Source of the DNA: Candidatus Hydrogenedentota bacterium
Lineage (GTDB): Bacteria > Hydrogenedentota > Hydrogenedentia > Hydrogenedentales > JAEUWI01
Direction: 5' to 3'
Length of the DNA stretch: 64,000 nucleotides
Assembly (NCBI GenBank): GCA_034669905.1
Contig: JAXMOL010000013.1
Span: forward strand, 32,001-96,000
Positions 58,601 through 64,000 of the stretch are shown piece after piece (positions within the stretch are counted from its first letter, which is position 1; each line of letters begins with the position of its first letter). Below the pieces are notes generated by a model. The model saw only the letters and a list, made by a program, of their open reading frames with translations. It searched no databases and was not told where the DNA came from. Made by a program: the position numbers and the translations under genes.

Positions 58601-61336
58601 GGGCTGTCCATTGGCCCCCGTCGCAACGACGGAAACATCGACGCTGTTGCTGCCCGTGCCCGGCGCCACGGCAAGGCCCACCACCGCATCGGTGGGGAAG
58701 AGGGTGACCTGGCTGCGCGCCGAGACACTCCGCCCGCCGGATTCGAAGACTTCTCCCCGTACCGTGGCGGCTACGGGAAAACTGAGCTCCTTTGGTGGGT
58801 ACCATTTGAAGGAAAAGGTCGCGTCCCCGGTCTCGTTGGTTTTGGATTCGCCCAACTCCCGGACATCGGTATTGAAGGCTTCTTCATTGGTGAAGGTGTA
58901 GTCCGGCCATTGCTCCGGCTTCCACGCGCCCTTCTCGATAATAACGAGGGCACTGCTCTTACGATCCCGCGCCGGGCCCCCGGAAAGATGGTCGCCATGG
59001 ACCGTAATGGCATGTTCCTCGCCCGGGAGCCAGTAAGGTGACGCCGTCTTTACTTCGGCGGCCAGCCGGTTGGGGACGAAGTCTTCCAGATGAATGGTCT
59101 GGGTGGTGAGAGGGGTGGGTGCGCCCGGAACCCAGAGCTCCACGCGATAGGCCCCGGTGAGCCAGTCCCGTTTCGTCTCCACGTCGCGGGTGCCGCTACC
59201 CCAGTTGGAAAGGGTTTCGGTGAAGGTCCGCTTGCCCCCTTTTTCATCATAGAGGCGCAAAGAGAGGGGGGCGGCCGTCAGGGGGCTGCCATCTGCCTGC
59301 CGCACGAGCCAGCGAAGGTGCATGGTTTCGCCGGGGCGATAGAGATTCCGGTCGGCATAGAAAAAGGCATCGTAGCCGTCCGGGTCATAGGAAGGCATGC
59401 CATAGTTGAAGGCCACCGGGTCTTCACCCCGCTCGTTGAGGGGCAGGAAGGTGAAGTCGTCGGCGGTTTCCACGATGGCGACCCGGGGATCGCCCAATTC
59501 CTTGTCCCAGTTATCCAATCGTGCGACGCCCTGCGCGTCCGTGGTCACTTCGCCCATCACCTGATGTTTGAAGGAGTAAATGGTGACCTTCGCGTCCACG
59601 AGGGGACTCAGGTCCCAGAGGTTGTGGGCATAGAGGAGGAGGGCGTCATCCTGCCAGTGGGCCAGGACGCCGATATCGGTCCACACGAGAATCTTTGTGT
59701 TGTAGTAGTCATAGGCAGGCGAGAGGGCGATGCCAAAGATGCCCTTCCGGTCCTCCGGCATAAAACCCGCCAGGGGGATAGCCGCCTCCAGGCGCTCGTT
59801 TTCTTCCCCGGTAAAAGTGATGGTGTGTTCGCCCAGTTTCTGGGCAAATTCATGGCCAAACTGACCGGGGGAACGGCCGCCTTCCATCTGCTGCAGGGCC
59901 TTCACCAGGTTGGAGGGGTAGAGCTCATAGAGGGTGGCTTCGGCTTTCTTCAGATTGCGGCCATAGACCGGCAAGGGCCCGGCGGTGCGTCGGGGGAAGT
60001 AGTAGGGAGATTCGAAGGCGAAGCCGACCCCACTGCGTTTCGGTGCCTTGCCGGGATTCCAGGCCAGGGCTTGATCGATGCGCAGGGTGTTGGCCCGGTC
60101 CGTGAGGCCTTCGGAAACCATGAGTCGGTAACCGGTACCGCTCTTCCAGTCGGCGTGGAGGTCCACACTACCATGGGGGCCATTCTGGTAGCTCAGGTTT
60201 TGCGGCTCGGGAGAAATGGTGACATGTTTCGCCAGTTCCTCAGGTTCGACCGATCCATTGAAAAACAGCTGGAGGCGGAGGGGCTCGGCACCTTCGGAAT
60301 CCCAATTATGGTATTCGATGCGGAGTTTTTCGTGGGCCAGAAAAATGCGGCCTTCCGCAGCTTCCTGCTTGTAGATTGCGGGGAGACTCGGCAGGTTTCC
60401 CGAGAAGGTATAACGCAGGGTCGTGTAATCCTCGGTGGGCCGTTCAAACTGGTAACGCAGCTCGTTTTGATTTTCCGAGCGCTGGGGCGTGAGGGCCAAG
60501 GGGGTGGTGCTATCGTCCCCATAGACCGCAAAACTATGGAGAAAATCGGCGGGCGTGCGGGCATGGGGGATTTGGACCCGGATAGAATCTTCTTTCGCCG
60601 TCTGATGGTGCCAGGTCACGGCGTTCACGGTGAAAGGACTCACGGGAGGAAGGACCCGGGTGAGCGGCCGTTCCAACTGGAGGGCACCGGTGGAATCGCT
60701 GAACCCGTTGGAAATGTGGAGGGTGTAAGGTGCCGTTTCGACGGTTGCGACCGCCAGGCGATGGAGGCTCGCGTTGACGGTGCGTAAGCTGGAGTAGGGG
60801 ATTTCCGTTCCCGCACTGTCGGTAATCCGCACGTGCTGTACGACCTGTTCCCACGGGACCGACGTGGAAAACACCACGTCGAGTTGGGTGGTGTTAAGGC
60901 CGATATCCGCGTACTTGAACTCCTCCACCGTAAGGGCGAAATCGGTGAAAAGGAGGAGTGAGGGCGCGGCCACCGCGGCGTTTCCGTTGGCTCCGACGAG
61001 GGCGGGGAGCAGGGTCGCGCGGAATAGCTGCTTGGCTGCCTTTCGCCCGGGTTCCAGCGTGAGGGCAACATGCCGTTCCCCCTGCGTCCAGGTGCCAGCC
61101 AGCGGCGGGTCAAAGGCGACCAGCGTCGCGGGATCATTCACGGGTGCCAGGGGCTGGTCGAAGTAGAAGACGATTTGGTCTGAAAAGGCCGTCTCGGGCA
61201 ACGGGTAGGTGCCCACCAGTTGCGGAGCCCCCGACGTTTCGGCCGACTCCTGAGCGACCGCAGCCGAAGGGAGGCCGACGGGCATCCACAGAAGAAGGAG
61301 GACCATGAGGAGGGGGTAGCGTTGGGGGTGATTCAT
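55688..61336 (-). CDS. Bacterial alpha-2-macroglobulin with thioester motif
   Basis: DRNLYRPGE, EDFVP, LALVDEGI, LPRFATPGD, YPHGCLEQTTS, VDLLPGG, RDDR, ECMY; start at MNHPQ behind an AGGAG RBS. Confidence 0.93.
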   Translation of the reverse strand: MNHPQRYPLLMVLLLLWMPVGLPSAAVAQESAETSGAPQLVGTYPLPETAFSDQIVFYFDQPLAPVNDPATLVAFDPPLAGTWTQGERHVALTLEPGRKAAKQLFRATLLPALVGANGNAAVAAPSLLLFTDFALTVEEFKYADIGLNTTQLDVVFSTSVPWEQVVQHVRITDSAGTEIPYSSLRTVNASLHRLAVATVETAPYTLHISNGFSDSTGALQLERPLTRVLPPVSPFTVNAVTWHHQTAKEDSIRVQIPHARTPADFLHSFAVYGDDSTTPLALTPQRSENQNELRYQFERPTEDYTTLRYTFSGNLPSLPAIYKQEAAEGRIFLAHEKLRIEYHNWDSEGAEPLRLQLFFNGSVEPEELAKHVTISPEPQNLSYQNGPHGSVDLHADWKSGTGYRLMVSEGLTDRANTLRIDQALAWNPGKAPKRSGVGFAFESPYYFPRRTAGPLPVYGRNLKKAEATLYELYPSNLVKALQQMEGGRSPGQFGHEFAQKLGEHTITFTGEENERLEAAIPLAGFMPEDRKGIFGIALSPAYDYYNTKILVWTDIGVLAHWQDDALLLYAHNLWDLSPLVDAKVTIYSFKHQVMGEVTTDAQGVARLDNWDKELGDPRVAIVETADDFTFLPLNERGEDPVAFNYGMPSYDPDGYDAFFYADRNLYRPGETMHLRWLVRQADGSPLTAAPLSLRLYDEKGGKRTFTETLSNWGSGTRDVETKRDWLTGAYRVELWVPGAPTPLTTQTIHLEDFVPNRLAAEVKTASPYWLPGEEHAITVHGDHLSGGPARDRKSSALVIIEKGAWKPEQWPDYTFTNEEAFNTDVRELGESKTNETGDATFSFKWYPPKELSFPVAATVRGEVFESGGRSVSARSQVTLFPTDAVVGLAVAPGTGSNSVDVSVVATGANGQPASLEKVQVTLEKKQWRYYVRRYSSHNEANWNDNFVIISTHTVPLSGGVGTVTVPVPEGYGTYRVKVHRENSSQYATQSFWSYRGQARLADASRPSLITLTPDKKAYTIGDTATVQITSPFDGDAIVVVQHKSLEKLITVPITNGVGTLSLPLEGGHYPNVWLETTVIHPVEPGTTLTYPYASFAMVNLPVHDPTKALTVTLPDLPKVTRPAATIPVTVQVANPDGTPVAAELTLALVDEGIHQILQYETPDPVAWFQRPRRPLYRRAHYYDQVAYDFTGKPIGGGALLKKRLGEDDSNVDDNWIKPLALWSGVVETDATGVATIEMALPEFAGKVRLVAVATTGTEAGSTGANMVIRRPVVLQTTLPRFATPGDTFQATALLQNKTDAPLKSTLSVSTTEPVVADAFTASWDIPAGDEVVVPIPLGAGEFPGSGTIHWKLESTDAQGAVVDAFETDTPLKIQAPSIYQVRSELVVIPSGEQRDFVNSEFKDNARLEGTLLISANPLARLQKALDYVIGYPHGCLEQTTSRCMPLFLMGQSARYAGSEWDAQYFRQFIQSGIDRLFSMQTRSGGIGYWPGAQEPYPYGSIYAAHFLTLAKGDPAFKVPEEAHARLMTYLRDRITLDPDERHVSLYNYAYACYVRALAQDPEVMADITRLDTLEISTTARQWLLLAQLQFTKAPEKGIAYLLTHPSKPYDMREQGDTLNSTVRNDAITLMTQMALGADDTITQPQAEKLIRYLENHPYSTQEAAFVITALSEYLQKNLGDVSQAKATIATPDGVETRTGDFQFKAAHKGAGTRYTVSNEGPTPLYVNLSWAGILVNPDVDAASNGIQLSRRFEAPGGPVDPAALEHGKTYLVSVEITCAEDMKNVVLVDLLPGGLDIENPRLSGDTLGPWKKTDGVQPSYIDVRDDRLIAAFDHLQGGTHRYYYAVRTVTAGTFQQPGANAECMYAIDINGRTATSNVTIAP

Positions 61337-61481
61337 GGTAAGTCGGGCTCCTGCGCCGCCGCAGCGGGGTGGGTTGAAACACGTAGAATCATTAAAACAT
61401 AGGGGGCGGGGTAAGGGGAAAATTTCTTGCTGCCCGCTACCCCACTTAATACGCCGCATCACACAAAGGTTTCGCAACACG

Positions 61482-61514
61482 AAAAAACGCCCCCGGAGTG
61501 ACTCCGGGGGCGTT
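61482..61514 (-). terminator. Intrinsic terminator of degP
   Basis: aacgcccccggagt / actccgggggcgtt stem with A6 on the + side. Confidence 0.82.
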
Positions 61515-61538
61515 ACTATATACCGCTGAGCGGGGGAC

Positions 61539-63056
61539 TTATTTCAACTTGAGGGGCACAAAGCGGGAGAACTCGCCTTCGCTTACCAGGAGGAGGACCG
61601 ATTTGTCGTCCTTGATTTCCTCCAGGGCGGCATTGAAGTCTTCCGTGTTGGTGATGACCGTACGGTTTACTTCTTCAATGACCATGCCGGAGCGGAGCCC
61701 TGCGCGGGCGGCCGGGGAATTCTGGGTGACGTTGGTAATCACGACGCCCGAATCACCGCTGTACCCGATGCGCTCGGCAATTTCATCGGTAATGTCCTGC
61801 ACCGAGATGCCGATTTCCGTGCTTCGGGTGATGGGGTCACGGCCCGGTCCACGGCTGCCCAGGTCACTGGGACGTTCGCCGATGACGACTTCCTTGGTGA
61901 TCCGTTCGCCACTACGGACGATGACGAGGGTTGCTTTATCGCCCGGGGCAATGATGGAGACGCGGCTCTTGAAGGTGCCGGCGCTCTTGGTGGGTTTGCC
62001 ATTCAGCTCGACGATGACGTCGCCCCGTTCCAGACCTGCTTCCGCCGCCGGGGTTCCTTCGATGACCTGGGCCACCAAGACGCCCTGATCGACGTTTTCA
62101 AAGGACTGGGATGAAATGGCGTCAAGGTCTTGTATGTTGATGCCCAGGAAGCCACGGACCACTTCGCCATTTTCCATCAATTGGTCGGTGATGTATTTCA
62201 CCATGTTAATGGGGATGGCAAAGCCAATACCCATGTAGCCACCGCTCCGGCTCAGGATGGCCGTGTTCAGACCGACCACTTGACCGTCCAGATTGAGGAG
62301 GGGCCCTCCGGAATTACCGGGGTTGATGGCCGCGTCGGTCTGAATGAAATCCGCAAAAAACTCATTGTTGCCGAGGCCCACATCGCTGCGGCCACGGGCA
62401 CTCACAATACCGGCGGTAACACTGTGGCTGAGGCCGAAGGGGTTACCAATGGCCAGGACCCATTCACCCACACGGACCGTATCGGAGTCGCCGATGGTCA
62501 GGGTGGGGAGGCCTTCTGCCTCAATCTTGATGACCGCCACTTCGGTGTCTTCGTCGCTGCCAACGACTTCGGCATCAAACTCGCGGCCATCATCCAACTG
62601 GACGACGATATTGTCGGCGCTGTCTACCACGTGGTGATTGGTGATGATATAGCCGTCCGGACTGACAATAAAGCCGCTGCCCTGGCCGACGGGTACGGGT
62701 ACGTCATTTTCCGGCGCGGGTGTGGGGGCTTCTCTCCCGGGCAGGTTCTGTTGGGGGGGGATCCCGAAGAAGCGTTCGAAGAGGTCATCGGGAATGTTGC
62801 CGCCCCGTCCCCGCAGCCCCATGCCACGATTGCCCATCTTCTTTTCGATGCGGATGAACACCACCGCCGGGGAGGTGGACTCGGTAATATTGGCGAAGGC
62901 GTTGCCCAGGTGTTTCAGGGTGCCGATAGCTTCGGATTCGGTTTCGGCCTGGGCCCAGGCACCTGGCATGGAACCGGCCATCAAGCCCGCGCACAAAAGG
63001 GCGCTGGCACCGATGCGGCGAAGCTGCGTTAACGATTTCGGTGTGATCATGGACAT
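61539..63056 (-). CDS. degP: Do/DegQ-family serine endoprotease with two PDZ domains
   Basis: GSGFIV, ITNHHVV, IQTDAAINPGNSGGPL, RGFLGI, two PA..AGL..G PDZ motifs. Confidence 0.95.
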   Translation of the reverse strand: MSMITPKSLTQLRRIGASALLCAGLMAGSMPGAWAQAETESEAIGTLKHLGNAFANITESTSPAVVFIRIEKKMGNRGMGLRGRGGNIPDDLFERFFGIPPQQNLPGREAPTPAPENDVPVPVGQGSGFIVSPDGYIITNHHVVDSADNIVVQLDDGREFDAEVVGSDEDTEVAVIKIEAEGLPTLTIGDSDTVRVGEWVLAIGNPFGLSHSVTAGIVSARGRSDVGLGNNEFFADFIQTDAAINPGNSGGPLLNLDGQVVGLNTAILSRSGGYMGIGFAIPINMVKYITDQLMENGEVVRGFLGINIQDLDAISSQSFENVDQGVLVAQVIEGTPAAEAGLERGDVIVELNGKPTKSAGTFKSRVSIIAPGDKATLVIVRSGERITKEVVIGERPSDLGSRGPGRDPITRSTEIGISVQDITDEIAERIGYSGDSGVVITNVTQNSPAARAGLRSGMVIEEVNRTVITNTEDFNAALEEIKDDKSVLLLVSEGEFSRFVPLKLK

Positions 63057-63220
63057 AAACATCTCCTTTGATGATAAGCGCAACCCGGCGGTCCTACAAG
63101 AACCGCCCCTCCCTTATACCACACGGCACGGGGCCCATGATATTTCCGATCGGAAGGGTACTGGATACTACGGCGTGCCGCTGGTCTGAATACAGACACA
63201 GCGCGTCACTACCTAATGGA

Positions 63221-63237
63221 AGCATGGACTGTGCCAA
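63221..63237 (-). promoter_or_regulatory. Sigma54 (-24/-12) promoter candidate for degP
   Basis: Minus strand TTGGCACAGTCCATGCT with exact GG-N10-GC spacing. Confidence 0.6.
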
Positions 63238-63394
63238 TCCTGCGCCTCCAGGTTAAGTGATTGGCTCTATTGGGGTTGTGCGTGAGGGTGGGGTGGAAGC
63301 GTGGCGCCGCTGCGTTTCCGTATGACCCATATCAGGTTCGCGCGGTTCATCTCGCTTAGAATGCGGTATGGAGCGACAGCCGCGACGACTTCGA

Positions 63395-64000
63395 TCAGCT
63401 CCCGGGCACCGCGGGGTGCTTCCGCACGTGAATGAGATAGTACTGAAGCACGAGGCCTGCTGCTACGGCGGCGGGGATGTAGAGGAAGGGCGTCGAAACC
63501 CCCTGACGTTCTGCCAGGAAGCCCACCGCGATGGGGCCGACAAAATTGCCTGCTCCCACGGCCACTTCATTGATGGCCGAGCGCTGACGGCGGCGGGCGT
63601 AGTTGCCCATGCTGTAGTAGGAGCCGGAAAAGAAGGCGGCACCGGAGAGGCCACCAATGACCATAAAGGCACCGGCCATTACCGCGAGGCTCGCCGTTTG
63701 GCCGAGTACCCAAAAGGCGATGGCCGCGGCAATCTGGAGCCCGGCAATGAAGCGAAAGCGATGGTGCCAACGGTGGGTGCGCCCCATAACGCCAAAGATA
63801 ACGCCCCCCATGGCGGCCAAGAGGAAGGCAATGACCGAGTAAATGCTGGCGGCGTTCTCCGTCAGATAGGTCGGGGCCTCCGCTTCCCAGAAGAGGCGAA
63901 GCGCTCCGTCATTCACCAGGTTGTCTACCCGCTTCGTAAAGACCAACCGCGTGACGCCCACCAGGGCCCAGGCAACGCCGTTGGCAATCCAGGAAGCCAG
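63395..64000 (-). CDS. Partial MFS transporter (C-terminal half)
   Basis: Several TM helices; RSAINEVAVGAGNFVGPIAVGFL MFS-like segment; runs off the window edge. Confidence 0.75.
   Translation of the reverse strand: MASWIANGVAWALVGVTRLVFTKRVDNLVNDGALRLFWEAEAPTYLTENAASIYSVIAFLLAAMGGVIFGVMGRTHRWHHRFRFIAGLQIAAAIAFWVLGQTASLAVMAGAFMVIGGLSGAAFFSGSYYSMGNYARRRQRSAINEVAVGAGNFVGPIAVGFLAERQGVSTPFLYIPAAVAAGLVLQYYLIHVRKHPAVPGS

Noticed and set aside
56711..60787. 776-aa and 565-aa plus-strand ORFs
   Set aside because: Antisense shadows of the A2M gene

Overview
GC-rich bacterial chromosomal window with about 50 genes. The gene content (paralogous secreted neutral-ceramidase-like proteins, FAD/Golvesin protein, GH20/CBM9-like protein, several REP families) suggests Ca. 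Hydrogenedentota or a PVC-like lineage; this is inference only. Recognisable genes: cysD/cysN, vapBC, an ArsR-ArsP-thioredoxin-CcdA operon, sppA, surE, an inositol monophosphatase, a MacB/FtsX-type ABC exporter, xseA-xseB-ispA, a bacterial alpha-2-macroglobulin and degP. I see no rRNA, tRNA, CRISPR array, integrase, transposase or reverse transcriptase. The best leads are: (1) a 1.25-kb modular non-coding repeat array next to the ArsR operon, with a hairpin motif that recurs 17 kb away; (2) the ArsR operon, which carries a Tat-signal flavoprotein lacking the Fe-S cysteines and two matching TTG-N10-CAA operators; (3) four tandem ceramidase-like paralogues punctuated by one REP/REPIN family, downstream of a thioester A2M with no adjacent pbpC; (4) unusual low-complexity extensions (H1-like IMPase N-terminus, XseB with an SSB-like acidic tail); (5) degenerate catalytic domains in CysNC and the GH20-like protein; (6) two sigma54-type promoter matches. 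All family calls come from motifs recognised by eye; no searches were run.
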